A stretch of 64,000 nt of DNA from an uncultured delta proteobacterium (GTDB taxonomy: Bacteria; Desulfobacterota; Desulfobacteria; Desulfobacterales; JAFDCJ01), in assembly GCA_963769935.1 (NCBI GenBank), contig CAVYNY010000011.1, positions 384,001 through 448,000 of the forward strand, in the 5' to 3' direction. The notes below the pieces were generated by a model that saw nothing but the letters and a program-made list of their open reading frames with translations, ran no database searches and was not told where the DNA came from. The first letter of the stretch is position 1, and each line of letters starts with the position of its first letter. Made by a program: the position numbers and the translations under genes. Shown in pieces: positions 29,616 through 40,103 of this stretch.

Positions 29616-32399
29616 TTAGTCCGATTTTTTCATCATATTCATGAGGCCTTTGTACTGCAGCAGTTTGTTCAGCGGAAGCCGAAAGTTGACATCCAGGCGG
29701 ATGCCCTGAAATTTTGATCCTTCGGCATCCACTTCGACTTTCGCAAATCCGCCGATATCTTTGCGGTAGACAAACGGAAGCGTTTTGGCGGGTTTGCCGT
29801 CCATCTGCATCTGCAGCAGCAACTCTTCTCCCTGCGACGTTATATTCAGTTTGGCCCAGGAATAATCATAGTCTTTTAAGGCTTCACTGGCAAGTTCCAT
29901 TTGAACATACTGGGGCGTATCCGGTGGAATGCCGGCGGTCAGGGTTTCTGATCCGGTGATTCGAATCTTGCCGCCGTCCCCCGGGGTAGAGAATAAAAAT
30001 CCATCATCAAAGCTGATTTGGCCGTTCGCGTAATGCAGCGGAATGCGGCCGTTGACCGTCCCCCGGCCTTCAGCGGCCGCTGCGCCGAACTGTTCCAATA
30101 CCTTTGCCAGGTTAAGACGATCGCAGTAAAACGTTATGCGATAGTCTTCAATGCCGGGGGACAAACGCATTGATTGGGTCTCCACATGGCCGTCACACCA
30201 CAAAAAGTGCATCTTTTCAACCAGAAAAGAGCGGGCGGATTCGATCTGGAAATCAACGCTGCCCTTTTCGGCGGTCAAATCGCCCAGAGAAAATTTGCTG
30301 AACTGGATCTGCTGCTCGGGTGCACTGCGAATTTTGGGTAATTCCGGGAAGTTGAGAGACATACGAATTCCCTCCAGGGCCAGCTTGTTTTGCGGCGAGA
30401 GTAATCGGCCCTCATTGAAATCAGCACGCAGGTTGCCGCTGAACCCACGCCCATCCAGCCTAAAATCACCGTTAAGGTCAAATTTGCCGCTAATATGAAA
30501 TCCTTTGGCCTCCGGCAAGAACGTTCCCAGATCGATCTCCGGTGCACTGCCGGGGCGGGAGAGCTTCACCCGGACGGTCGAACTCGGGGCGGCCACGTTT
30601 AATAATCTGGATTCGCCGGTGAAATCCAGCTTTAAATTCGGCACCAGGGCGCTTTGATGCTGTCCTTCGAAGGCGAAACCGGTCGGGGTTTGGGCAATGC
30701 TGCCTATCATGCCGCCGAGGTTCATATCTTTATATCTCAGTCCGGCGATTGCGAAACTGCCTTTGTCGGTTTTTCCCTCCACCGGCCAGTTAAATGGAAT
30801 CTTGACCCGGGCGCCGTTGAGCCGGGCATTTAAGTCGGAAAATTTGCCGCCGGCGCCGGCAAATTGCACTACGCCGCCCAGCCTTATATGACGCCTATCA
30901 TCCCTATTAAGTTTACCGGAGACAGAAATTTCGGGAATTTTAATTTCAATTCCGTCGGATTTCAGGCCGGTATTCGGCGCCTGCAGATCAAAGGTGATGC
31001 GGGCGGCTGCTCCATCTTTTTCAGCCAGACCGGCCGTGCCTTTTAATACAACCCCTGGTATATAGATGGAGTCGGCTGCCGAGGCGATCCGGACTTCGGG
31101 TGCCGTGAGCGCATAGGCTGCTTCAATTTTGCGGGACGCCGCCTCGGCCGACAGATTAAAATCCGGGGGTGATAATGTTATCGTATACGATTCAACATTT
31201 ATCCGGACAGGTTTGGCGGCTGAGTCCCCGGTTCTGTTATTTGAGATCTCAAATTGCCATTTTGCGGGGTTTTGATACATGGCAGAAAATCGACCCGGCA
31301 TCGGCAAAGGGTCGCGGATTTTTACCGGCCAAGGATTCAATCCGGTTTGGCCGGAAGGATGCAAAACGACGTTAAAATTACCGCTGCTCTCAAACGCAGC
31401 CGCCTTTCTTTTTATGACGGCATCAAAGCCTTCCAGCGTCAGGGGCAGGGGGGCCGCCATCGATATCTTGCCGCAGGAGACCTGCCACTGGTTGTTGTCG
31501 AGTCCGATCAGATCGACCTGCCAGGGAATTTCCCGGCTCTGGGGGGAAATCTCATTTTGAAACTCAAGGCCGCCGGCCGCTATTTTACCGTGTCGCAGGG
31601 TTAGCGACGCATTGAGCGATGCCATGCGCAAAGGCGCCCAAAGCGCTTCGGCTTTTGCATGCAGGCTGACTTCACCGGTCAAAGTCAGGTCGGCAATCCG
31701 GCTGGTAATATCCGCCAAACAGCCCAGGTTCAACCCGGCGGTATCAACATTCACCTCAACCCTGCTTTGAATTCGGTTTACTTTTGCGGCGGCGCTAATT
31801 TTTTGGCCGCAGGGATACAGGCGGGCCTCAATGTTTAAAAGATTAAATTCGGCATCCTGCGGTACGATATCAACTTCAACCGGTATCCTGTAGAGTTGAT
31901 CCTCAAATGAGATGATTACCTGCGAATTGCGTATTGCCAGATACTTCACCGTAACCCAAGGCGCTGTATCACTGTGTGCCGCTTTTGATTTCTCCCCCTG
32001 CTGCCAGGCGGCCTTGAGTTTTTGATATTCCAGGCCGCGCAACTTAAATTCGCCGCCTGATATTTCACCGTAGAGATCGATTCCGCTTAAGGTAATTTTT
32101 TCTATTTTTTGTTGATATAGACTGCGGGGAGAATAATCAATCTGCATGGATTGAACGACCAACGCTGGATTTTCTTGCGGTCCGATTCGCAAGTTTCCCA
32201 GATCGGCATCAAAAAAACCGACGTTGCGGATGTTGACGGCAAAATCCGAAATGCCTGCCTCAGCAGCAAGTTGAGGAATGAGGTTTGATTCTACATAGTG
32301 GGGGATATAAAGATAGACGGCTGCAAGCAGGCTGACCAGCAGCAGGACGAAGAAAAGGAGCCCTCCCCCGGTAAAGGCTATTTTGCGTTTTAAGGACAT
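29616..32399 (-). CDS. ydbH: YdbH-family AsmA-like intermembrane protein
   Basis: N-terminal TM anchor, beta-rich body, C-terminal GTVNGRIPL..GGKI..ALKDYDY; synteny with ynbE/ydbL. Confidence 0.8.
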   Translation of the reverse strand: MSLKRKIAFTGGGLLFFVLLLVSLLAAVYLYIPHYVESNLIPQLAAEAGISDFAVNIRNVGFFDADLGNLRIGPQENPALVVQSMQIDYSPRSLYQQKIEKITLSGIDLYGEISGGEFKLRGLEYQKLKAAWQQGEKSKAAHSDTAPWVTVKYLAIRNSQVIISFEDQLYRIPVEVDIVPQDAEFNLLNIEARLYPCGQKISAAAKVNRIQSRVEVNVDTAGLNLGCLADITSRIADLTLTGEVSLHAKAEALWAPLRMASLNASLTLRHGKIAAGGLEFQNEISPQSREIPWQVDLIGLDNNQWQVSCGKISMAAPLPLTLEGFDAVIKRKAAAFESSGNFNVVLHPSGQTGLNPWPVKIRDPLPMPGRFSAMYQNPAKWQFEISNNRTGDSAAKPVRINVESYTITLSPPDFNLSAEAASRKIEAAYALTAPEVRIASAADSIYIPGVVLKGTAGLAEKDGAAARITFDLQAPNTGLKSDGIEIKIPEISVSGKLNRDDRRHIRLGGVVQFAGAGGKFSDLNARLNGARVKIPFNWPVEGKTDKGSFAIAGLRYKDMNLGGMIGSIAQTPTGFAFEGQHQSALVPNLKLDFTGESRLLNVAAPSSTVRVKLSRPGSAPEIDLGTFLPEAKGFHISGKFDLNGDFRLDGRGFSGNLRADFNEGRLLSPQNKLALEGIRMSLNFPELPKIRSAPEQQIQFSKFSLGDLTAEKGSVDFQIESARSFLVEKMHFLWCDGHVETQSMRLSPGIEDYRITFYCDRLNLAKVLEQFGAAAAEGRGTVNGRIPLHYANGQISFDDGFLFSTPGDGGKIRITGSETLTAGIPPDTPQYVQMELASEALKDYDYSWAKLNITSQGEELLLQMQMDGKPAKTLPFVYRKDIGGFAKVEVDAEGSKFQGIRLDVNFRLPLNKLLQYKGLMNMMKKSD

Positions 32400-32506
32400 G
32401 CGTCGTAAGATATAGGTTGAGGCGTTCTGGGTTTCCCGCCCCGGCGGGATTCAGGGTTGAATAACTCCCAGACAGCCAATTTAAAAGGGATCTTGATGCT
32501 TTAGGG

Positions 32507-34039
32507 CTAAACCCGCTGCAGAAATGAGCTTCGCGTCATGCCGGCGCCTACGGAATCATTCAAAATGAGCCGGGCCTCTCTCAGCCGTTCGAGGTTTCTA
32601 TTTATCTTGAAGCCCTGGATCGTGTCCGCCGCCAGGGCACCCCGCTTCAGATCATAGGGCAGGCGTTGCATACAGACCACCGAACAGTTGCCGCGTTCGT
32701 GAACATTGGTGATCATTTTGTTGGCGATGAATTCCGCCACCGCTTCTTTTACATCCTGCGGATCGTGATCCAAAAGCTGGGCCAGAGTCAATGGAATCAT
32801 GGCAAAATTGGCCTGATGCTCGATCAGCAGATCGAAATCTTCCAATTTGACGCCGATGGGCCGGAACAGTTCACTCAAATGCGTTTTGGCGCCGCGCGTG
32901 GCGTACAGAAAGACGCCTTTGCCATCCATATCGCCGAAGATTTCACCATCATCGGCAACTGCCTGGATATAGCCGGCAAAACAGCCATGGGTTCTGGTCA
33001 GCGTATCGATAATTCCGGTTTGCGGCCGCTCAAACCGGAAATTTGCGCCCTCATGAATGGTGACAACCCCCCTTGAATCCGGCGACAGATACACCGAAAC
33101 AACATTTTTGTATTTGCCGGATTCCACGTAAGCGCGGGCGATTTTTGCCACTGTTGCCGGATCGGCATCGAGCGTCATGATGTCATACGCAAACGATCCT
33201 ATGTTTTGGTCATAAAATTCCAGGGCCTCTTTGAAACGGGTGAATATGCCGGCCGCAGCCTGGGCCGGATACATCAACTCAGCCAGCGCATGCTGGACCC
33301 GCGCCGCTGTGGCCGGAACCCGGTAAATAAGACTGCCCATCTGATTGTCGAGGATGATGCCGTCAAGTTTTTTGTTGCCGTTCAATTTGTGGATGGTGCG
33401 GGCAATCTGGGATATCGGATCTTTTGCAAGGCTGAATTCGCTTCTGTTATGATTCGCGTACTGTCCGGAGGGTTTTGCAGCCCTGCCGGTTGCCAAGGCG
33501 GTTGCCAGGGCATCATCTCCGAAAATGATGTTGGCGGTATCTTCGGGTTTGAAGGACTGGGCGCGGTGGATGTTTTCGGCACCAATGACAATGGATATGT
33601 CGCCGGTTTCAAGAAAACCGGTAAGGGACAGCATGAAAACCAGCTCAACCGCAACATTAAAGCCGGGGCATCCGGCATAAAGATCGAATACATGGGCCTG
33701 CGGGCATTGATCCCGGATGATCTCGTAGGGATGTCGGATCAACGGTCCGGGATCATATTTGTCATCGCCGACATTTGTGGCGCCGATAACCAGTTTGACC
33801 CGGGAAAGGTCGAGACCGGACGTGGCCAGCAGGTCCTGCAAAGCGGTTACACCGATGCGTTCATTCGTGCCGGCGACCTTTCTGGTACGTACCCCGATTC
33901 TTTCCTCGATGGTTTGGCTGTCGACCGGTATGCCGCCTTTAAAAAACAGCTGCCTTTTTTCGTAAATTGAATTGTCTACCAGGGTGCCGCCGTTCCAGGC
34001 TCCGTAGGCAGCAATTTCGAGAACCGATTCATTTGACAT
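32507..34039 (-). CDS. 3-oxoacyl-ACP synthase III (FabH)-like protein with a large internal insertion
   Basis: ERIGVRTR, YAGCPG (Cys), IFGDDA, MDGKGVF, EHQAN (His), RGNCS (Asn), VGAGMT. Confidence 0.8.
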   Translation of the reverse strand: MSNESVLEIAAYGAWNGGTLVDNSIYEKRQLFFKGGIPVDSQTIEERIGVRTRKVAGTNERIGVTALQDLLATSGLDLSRVKLVIGATNVGDDKYDPGPLIRHPYEIIRDQCPQAHVFDLYAGCPGFNVAVELVFMLSLTGFLETGDISIVIGAENIHRAQSFKPEDTANIIFGDDALATALATGRAAKPSGQYANHNRSEFSLAKDPISQIARTIHKLNGNKKLDGIILDNQMGSLIYRVPATAARVQHALAELMYPAQAAAGIFTRFKEALEFYDQNIGSFAYDIMTLDADPATVAKIARAYVESGKYKNVVSVYLSPDSRGVVTIHEGANFRFERPQTGIIDTLTRTHGCFAGYIQAVADDGEIFGDMDGKGVFLYATRGAKTHLSELFRPIGVKLEDFDLLIEHQANFAMIPLTLAQLLDHDPQDVKEAVAEFIANKMITNVHERGNCSVVCMQRLPYDLKRGALAADTIQGFKINRNLERLREARLILNDSVGAGMTRSSFLQRV

Positions 34040-34068
34040 TCATATCTCCCTTGAGCGCAGTGATCAAT

Positions 34069-34098
34069 ATCATATAGGGACTTGGCAAGTTTTGTCAA
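34069..34098 (-). promoter_or_regulatory. sigma70-like promoter of the FabH-like gene
   Basis: TTGACA-N18-TATGAT on the minus strand. Confidence 0.5.
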
Positions 34099-34116
34099 CT
34101 TGATTGGACGGGTTAT

Positions 34117-34398
34117 ACTGGATGCTGGATGCTGGGTACGGGTTGCGGGTTTTTCGATTGCGGATTGATAAAATTGGATAGGCAAAATCGGGGGTGCTGA
34201 ATGCATGTTGCGGGTTACGAGTTGCGCGTTGCGGGTTTTTCGATTGCGGGTTTGGGATTTTGAATTTCGGAATGTTAAGGCATAGGTCTATGTGAAAATA
34301 GATGGCACTGGCACTTTTAATCTTATACCATAATATACCACACATTATATCCTATGCTTATTTCATTTTCTGACACCCGAAACCTGACACCTGAAACC
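34117..34398. repeat. Heptamer repeat tracts (GGATGCT, GGTTGCG, TGACACC)
   Basis: ctggatgctggatgctgggtacgggttgcggg; gttgcgggttacgagttgcgcgttgcggg; tgacacccgaaacctgacacctgaaacc. Confidence 0.7.
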
Positions 34399-34402
34399 TT
34401 TT

Positions 34403-35437
34403 TCATACATTAAACCTGAAGTTGATGATATCACCATCCTTTACTTCATAGGTTTTGCCTTCCAGCCTGACGGTTCCTTTTTTGCGGGCTTCCGCATAGG
34501 ATCCGGCCTCCATCAGATCATTGTAGGCCAGAATCTCCGCCCGGATAAATCCTTTCTTCATATCCGAATGCACGGCTTCGGCGGCGTCCACCGCCTGGGT
34601 GGCCTTTTTGATGGTCCAGGCTCTGACTTCATCCTTGCCGACCGTGAAAAAGGAAATCAGGCCTAGAATTTCGTAGGATTTTTGAATGACCCTGTCCGTG
34701 GCGGATTCACTGATGTTGAATTCGCTCAGAAATGCAGCGGCGTCTTCGGGGGGCATCTGGGCAAGCTCATGTTCAAGTTTTCCTCGGATCACGAGGCAGT
34801 CTTCGGTTTCGGTAAGATGACTGATTTGCGGCAGGTGCTCGTCTTCTTCATCATTGTTGAACAAAACCAGCATCGGTTTGGCGGATAACAGGGCATATCC
34901 TCTCAACTGGCGGGCTGCGGCCAGATCCGCCATGCGCCGCAAGGGGATTTCATTTTCAAGATTCCGGCGGCAATCGATTAAAAGGGCCTGCTCTTCAGAA
35001 TCCATCTTCTTGCCGCGCTTCTGATCGATCTCAAGGCGTTCCAGACGCTTTTCCACCACAACCAAATCCGACAGTATCAATTCCTGATCCAGGTGTCTGA
35101 ACCTATCGTAAGGCGATTTATCCTCAAATCCTGCAGCGTCATAATTTCGGATGACATGGATCAAGGCGTCACAATCCCTGGTCGCCGTCCAGATACTTTG
35201 ATCTGCGGTTTGATCTTTTTTGGCCTTGGCGGTGCCCGGCAAAAAATACTCCACCTGCGCATAGGTGGTTTTTTGCGGTTCATACATCGCGCTTAATTTA
35301 TCGATGCGGCCGTCCGGCACCCGGATGGTGCCGATGCGATCTTCACCTTTGTGGGCCGATTCGGAAATGTTCTTGGTCAGGGCTTCAAAAACCGTTGTTT
35401 TACCGGACTGCGGCAGCCCGATGATGCCAAGTTTCAT
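34403..35437 (-). CDS. ychF: YchF/Obg-like ATPase (short variant)
   Basis: GIIGLPQSGKTT, VPDGRID, SFFTVGKDEVRAW, HSDMKKGFIRAE, RLEGKTYEVKDGDII. Confidence 0.88.
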   Translation of the reverse strand: MKLGIIGLPQSGKTTVFEALTKNISESAHKGEDRIGTIRVPDGRIDKLSAMYEPQKTTYAQVEYFLPGTAKAKKDQTADQSIWTATRDCDALIHVIRNYDAAGFEDKSPYDRFRHLDQELILSDLVVVEKRLERLEIDQKRGKKMDSEEQALLIDCRRNLENEIPLRRMADLAAARQLRGYALLSAKPMLVLFNNDEEDEHLPQISHLTETEDCLVIRGKLEHELAQMPPEDAAAFLSEFNISESATDRVIQKSYEILGLISFFTVGKDEVRAWTIKKATQAVDAAEAVHSDMKKGFIRAEILAYNDLMEAGSYAEARKKGTVRLEGKTYEVKDGDIINFRFNV

Positions 35438-35451
35438 GTGCTAATCCCGTT

Positions 35452-35731
35452 TAGATGGTTTAATTGGTTTAGATGGTTTGGATCGTTGAGATCGTTGAGA
35501 TCGTTGAGTTCGTTAGGATCGTTCATGGTTGATAGGTAAACGGATAAAGGCCAAAGGTAAATGGTAATACTTTACGCTATGCGCTTTGCTCTATGCCCTA
35601 TGCTCCTTCCACATTGCTCGATTTTGCCTACCTTCTTACCCTCTTACCCTCTCACCTGCTGATTTTCTGATCTTCTTATCTTCTGATCTTCTTTCTTTTG
35701 CCCTCTGCCCTCTAACCTCAGTCCTCCGACC
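35452..35731. repeat. Composite repeat element, family C, with extra 9-mer tracts
   Basis: AGATGGTTT and GATCGTTGA 9-mers, then the 44-bp core at 35553-35596 and pyrimidine-rich 8/7-mers. Confidence 0.85.
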
Positions 35732-35734
35732 GTT

Positions 35735-36942
35735 TTATCCCCACACTATTTTACGGTACATTTCCGGATCCGTATCCCCTTCCGTGGAAAAGAGAAGGAT
35801 ACGGGAGTCCGACTGAATATTCAAGGCCTGCTTTAAGGGTGCAAGTTCCGGTTGCTGGAGGATGCTGAACCACCAATCCCAGGGTGACGGCGCCGGATTC
35901 ACCCGAAATCACCCGATCGTCGCCTTTAAGAGGATTTCCCAGCACCCGCATGCCCCGGATTGTGACCCCATCCGGACAGGCGACAAACCCGTCGGCAAAA
36001 TCCCGTATGATATTCCAGGAAATTTTATTCGGTTCGCCGCAGGCCAGGCCGGCCATGATGGTATCCAGATCACCCTCCACCTTGCGAGGCTGGCCGTCCC
36101 CGGCGATTATCGACTGATAATAGCAGGCTGCCTTGGTGGGTTCCACGATGGTTAGCAGCGGTCTTTGAGGGCCGAATTTTTCCACCAGATAAGCCTGCAA
36201 TGATCCTGCCAGAGAACCCACACCGCACTGAATGAACACATGGGACGGCATGACGCCGCCCATTTGTTCGAAGGCCTCTTCGAACAGGGTGAGATATCCC
36301 TGCATGATCCGGATGGGAATATCTTCATAATCCGGACCTGCGGTATCCTGCAGCAGCAGCCAGCCGTTTTCCCGGGCCCGGTCGGCAGCCAATCTGACGG
36401 CATCATCATAATTGCCGTCGATGATCTCCGCCTCAGCCCCCAAACTCCTGATGCTTTCCAGCCGGACGCCGGCGGATCCCTTCGGCATGTAGACAACGGC
36501 CCGGCATCCCAGTTGTCGGGCGGCCCAGGCCACGGCCCGGCCGTGGTTGCCGTCGGTGGCGGTAATGCAGGTAAGATCCTGGATGAGGGTCTCTAAATTC
36601 ATCTGATTTAAGCAGATTAAAGGTCACTTTTTCAGGATCAAGGGCGAGCTTTGGCACCAAACAGCTGGAGAGGGCAAAAGAGGCTCCCAGAACTTTAAAG
36701 GCATTCAGCCCGCAGCGGAAGGACTCGTCTTTGACCCGGATGGCAGCCACCCCCAGATAGCGAGCCAGGTTATCGAGTCCGGCCAACGGCGTCGGTTCAA
36801 AGTTCGGCAGGGTTTGGTGAAATTTTTTAACCCGCCGCATGACCGCCGCTGAAAAATCAGCGGTAGCGGTTCTTGGAGATGCCGTTTTTCTGGCATTTGG
36901 ATTCATATACCAATGGATGTGATCGGGTAATGCGCCTGCCAT
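35735..36942 (-). pseudogene. dpaL: Diaminopropionate ammonia-lyase with two +1 frameshifts (pseudogene or sequencing error)
   Basis: PTPL..VKDESFRCGLNAFKVLG, shift at ~36591-36594, ATDGNHGR..TIMAGLACGEP..SGESGA, shift at ~35870, then ..LLFSTEGDTDPEMYRKIVWG*. Confidence 0.85.
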
Positions 36943-36993
36943 TCCATCCTTCCCGGCGACATATGAGAACCTGCAGGCATCGCTCCGGAGCCT

Positions 36994-37485
36994 TTACGGC
37001 TGCAATGCCTTTGAATCGGTAAGCGTTACCCGGCCCTCGCTGTCAAACGGCAGGCTGGAGGAGATCGCATGCTCGCCGGAGAGCCAGAGTTTGCCTTTTA
37101 AACGGTAGGTCAACTGTTCGGCGTTTTGTAATCCCTGGATACTTCGAAAAATACCGATGACCGATGAATATACCGTAACCGGAACCAGCTCGGATTCGAA
37201 GGCCGGAATTTTTGTCTCGGCCCTGGATACACCGGTTGCAAACGAATTGCCGTTGATTTCAAGATCGGCTTCAATACCTTTTATATCTAGATCCATATCA
37301 TTGGTATTAAATACCCTGAGCTGAACTCGAAACACCGTTTCAAGACCGGTAAACTCCTGGGGCTGTATGCCGGCCAGTGTAATGCGCGGGGGCTCCAGAT
37401 GGTTTCCCATTCCGACACAGCCGGCCAGCAGCTGAATTGAGACATACGTTATCAGAGTTAAAGCAGCTCGGTTTGAAACTATCAT
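36994..37485 (-). CDS. LEA_2/WHy-domain lipoprotein
   Basis: Lipobox LLAGC, PRITL, LRVFNTN, ING..FATG, YRLKG. Confidence 0.8.
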   Translation of the reverse strand: MIVSNRAALTLITYVSIQLLAGCVGMGNHLEPPRITLAGIQPQEFTGLETVFRVQLRVFNTNDMDLDIKGIEADLEINGNSFATGVSRAETKIPAFESELVPVTVYSSVIGIFRSIQGLQNAEQLTYRLKGKLWLSGEHAISSSLPFDSEGRVTLTDSKALQP

Positions 37486-37504
37486 CGCGATCTATTGCGG
37501 GCAG

Positions 37505-37763
37505 TGTTATTAAACGTTTCGGAATTTCTATAACAGGTTGAGTTCAATATGTATTTTTTGAGGTATGCGTATTTGCCTCTATCCTGGAATAGTGAAATAG
37601 TGGGTTTCTGAAGCATTTTATCTGTTCTGATTTTTAAGTCAAGACGAATGTAGTCTTGTACCCAATATCGCAGTACTCCAATACCCATTTTTTTTGCCCC
37701 GTGAAATCTTTTTTCACATTTCACCGGGGCCAATATTCCAATGGGGGCGAAGCCCCTAACTTG
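37505..37763. repeat. Family D-like element with a nested hairpin
   Basis: caatatcgcagtactccaataccca..caatattccaatgggggcgaagcccc, interrupted by CCCCGTGAAAT..ATTTCACCGGGG. Confidence 0.6.
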
Positions 37764-37792
37764 CAACCAGCAACGAATAACCCTTTTCCCAA

Positions 37793-39790
37793 CTATTGTC
37801 CCAGCAATCCCTTGAGTGCCCCTTTGACGCTTTTTTCAAACGGTTTGACCTTCTCATTTTCAAGCAGTTTTTTGGCCCCTTTGGATTCTAAAACCTGCTT
37901 TTCGATATTTTCTTTGGCCGCTGCGCTCAGGTCCGGCCGAAACTTGGGTGATGCGAAGGTGCCGGATACCAGCACCGGTACCATAATACCCGAAAGCTGC
38001 GACGTGCCTCCCTGTCCTTCTATACTGGCAACCGCCTTTGGCTCTACCCGAAAATTCAAGGTTTCATTTACCAGATCAGCGGTCCCGGAGGCGACAATGC
38101 GGATGAAGGGCGATTTGAGGCTGGTCTCAGGGGTGTTGGCAACTCCGTCCTTGATGGTAAAGGGCATTGACAGTTCAGTGAAATCCGTTCGCGGCGGTTT
38201 TTCAGTTTTTTGGGCCAGGCCAAAAGCCGATCCGACATTGCGGATCATTGACGCCAGGTCGATGCCCACGATAGCACCGTCCTTGAACTGCAGGTCGCCC
38301 TTGCCGTTTAAGGTTTTTTTGATTTGATCCGGTTGGTCTCCGACCATGGACAACTGGATGTCGGCATTGGTGTTGCCCTCCAAAAAGTCTTTGGCCAGTA
38401 CATCTTTGAGCAGGGGGTTCGCCTGAATACCACTAATTTTAAGATTCAGATCACTTTTGGGCGCATTGCCGGCAACATTCAGTAATACGTTACCGTCGGC
38501 GGTGCCCTGGTACATTTTTAGCTGCATGGGATCCAGTTTGATGATGCCGTCTTTGGCCGTTATCTGCAGCAATACATCCTGAATCCGGGCCTTGCTGATC
38601 GTGAGGTTTCCTATTTTTGCCTTACCGTCCAGAATCATGCGGCGCAAAGGGGTGTAATCGATTTTCTGTCCGGCGGGTTTTTCCGCACCGGCGGATTTTC
38701 CAGGCGGTGGCTGCGCGCTTGGCGGCGGCAGGTAGCGATCCAGATCGATCTGATCCAGGGCGAGGTCAAACTTCAGGTTCGGGCGGGAAAATTCTGCGGC
38801 GGTGGCCGAAAAATTAAGGTTGGATTGATCCAGTTTCATCGTCCCATTTGATATTGACACCTTCGCGGCATCGCCCTTGACATGGGTTTTTAGCGCAACG
38901 CTGCTCAAGGCTTTGGGGTCGGATGTTTTTACCGGAAATTCCTGTCCCAATTCGGCCACCAGTTCACGGGGAGAAAATTCTGCTATTTCGATGTCCATAT
39001 CGACTCCGGGATTGGTGAGCGGATTTAGCAGCGAGCCCTTGAGCCGCAGGGCCAGCTGTTTGAGGGCATTCAGCTGTAAATCCACGGGAATGCTCGGGGC
39101 CTTAAAAGCCTGTCCTAGTGGTCCGATGGTACCTTCCATTGATATGGGCTTTTGGTCCATCAGGGCCGAAAAGGTCATCTTGACGGGTCGCTCCATCGAC
39201 ACATCCGCCAGGGTTAAATTGATATCCGTGATTTCTTTGCGGGTGTCGCTGGTGTGATCAATCCAGATTAACGATCCATTATTTACGGCGAGATTGCCGA
39301 CGGTGAGGGCCTTGATGGGGATATTCAGACCGCCGGCAGCGCCGGCCGGGGCTTTTTCCTCTTTTTCTGCCGGGCTCTCTTTGGACGGCTGCTGGGGCTG
39401 TACCCAATTCTCCCGACCGTTCTTATTTTTGACCAATACGATGTGGGGTGCGTTCAGCACGAAGCGTTTGATTTGAATATCTTTGCTGAGAAGCGGCAGC
39501 AGCTTGATGCGGACTTCAAAGGACTTGACGGTGACAAAATCCTCTTCCGAGAATCCGGCCGGGTTGCCCAAACGCAGGTCCGAAAAGGAAACCCCGGCCC
39601 AGGGAAACAGGGACAGGTGAAGATCATTGCCCACTGAAAAAGGCCGGCCGGTCGCCTCGGAAACTTTGCTTTCAAGCAGCGGTTTGTACTTTTGCACATT
39701 GACAAACCTGGGAATCAGCAAAAGGGCGGCAATGATGACCACCACCAGACACCCGACAATGATTGCTCCCCATTTAATAAAGCTTTTCAT
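37793..39790 (-). CDS. AsmA family protein
   Basis: N-terminal TM, ATGR, LSLFPW, IDLDRYLP, GAIVGIDL, TDFTEL, VSGTFASPKF. Confidence 0.88.
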   Translation of the reverse strand: MKSFIKWGAIIVGCLVVVIIAALLLIPRFVNVQKYKPLLESKVSEATGRPFSVGNDLHLSLFPWAGVSFSDLRLGNPAGFSEEDFVTVKSFEVRIKLLPLLSKDIQIKRFVLNAPHIVLVKNKNGRENWVQPQQPSKESPAEKEEKAPAGAAGGLNIPIKALTVGNLAVNNGSLIWIDHTSDTRKEITDINLTLADVSMERPVKMTFSALMDQKPISMEGTIGPLGQAFKAPSIPVDLQLNALKQLALRLKGSLLNPLTNPGVDMDIEIAEFSPRELVAELGQEFPVKTSDPKALSSVALKTHVKGDAAKVSISNGTMKLDQSNLNFSATAAEFSRPNLKFDLALDQIDLDRYLPPPSAQPPPGKSAGAEKPAGQKIDYTPLRRMILDGKAKIGNLTISKARIQDVLLQITAKDGIIKLDPMQLKMYQGTADGNVLLNVAGNAPKSDLNLKISGIQANPLLKDVLAKDFLEGNTNADIQLSMVGDQPDQIKKTLNGKGDLQFKDGAIVGIDLASMIRNVGSAFGLAQKTEKPPRTDFTELSMPFTIKDGVANTPETSLKSPFIRIVASGTADLVNETLNFRVEPKAVASIEGQGGTSQLSGIMVPVLVSGTFASPKFRPDLSAAAKENIEKQVLESKGAKKLLENEKVKPFEKSVKGALKGLLGQ

Positions 39791-40103
39791 GATGTTTTTC
39801 CTTTCGAGGAGTCCCCCCTTAAGAAACTGTTACGTTCATGCTTAAAAAAAAATTCTCCCCCCAAGTCTGCGGAAAAAGCGAAGAGTTTCGGCGGATGCAA
39901 GCTCGCCATGCCCGGCTTTGGTTTCAATAAACTAGGCACCACGGAAGTGGGTGTCAAGCAAGGAGAAGAACTTTAGGCGCACGTTTTTCAGGATAGAGTA
40001 ATTAGTCATTGATCTGCAGTCAACTGTCGGCCGTGGAATGTAAATTTTACAACAGACCACCGACAACTGACATGCAGCGTCCTGGCTCAATCATATTCGG
40101 GGA

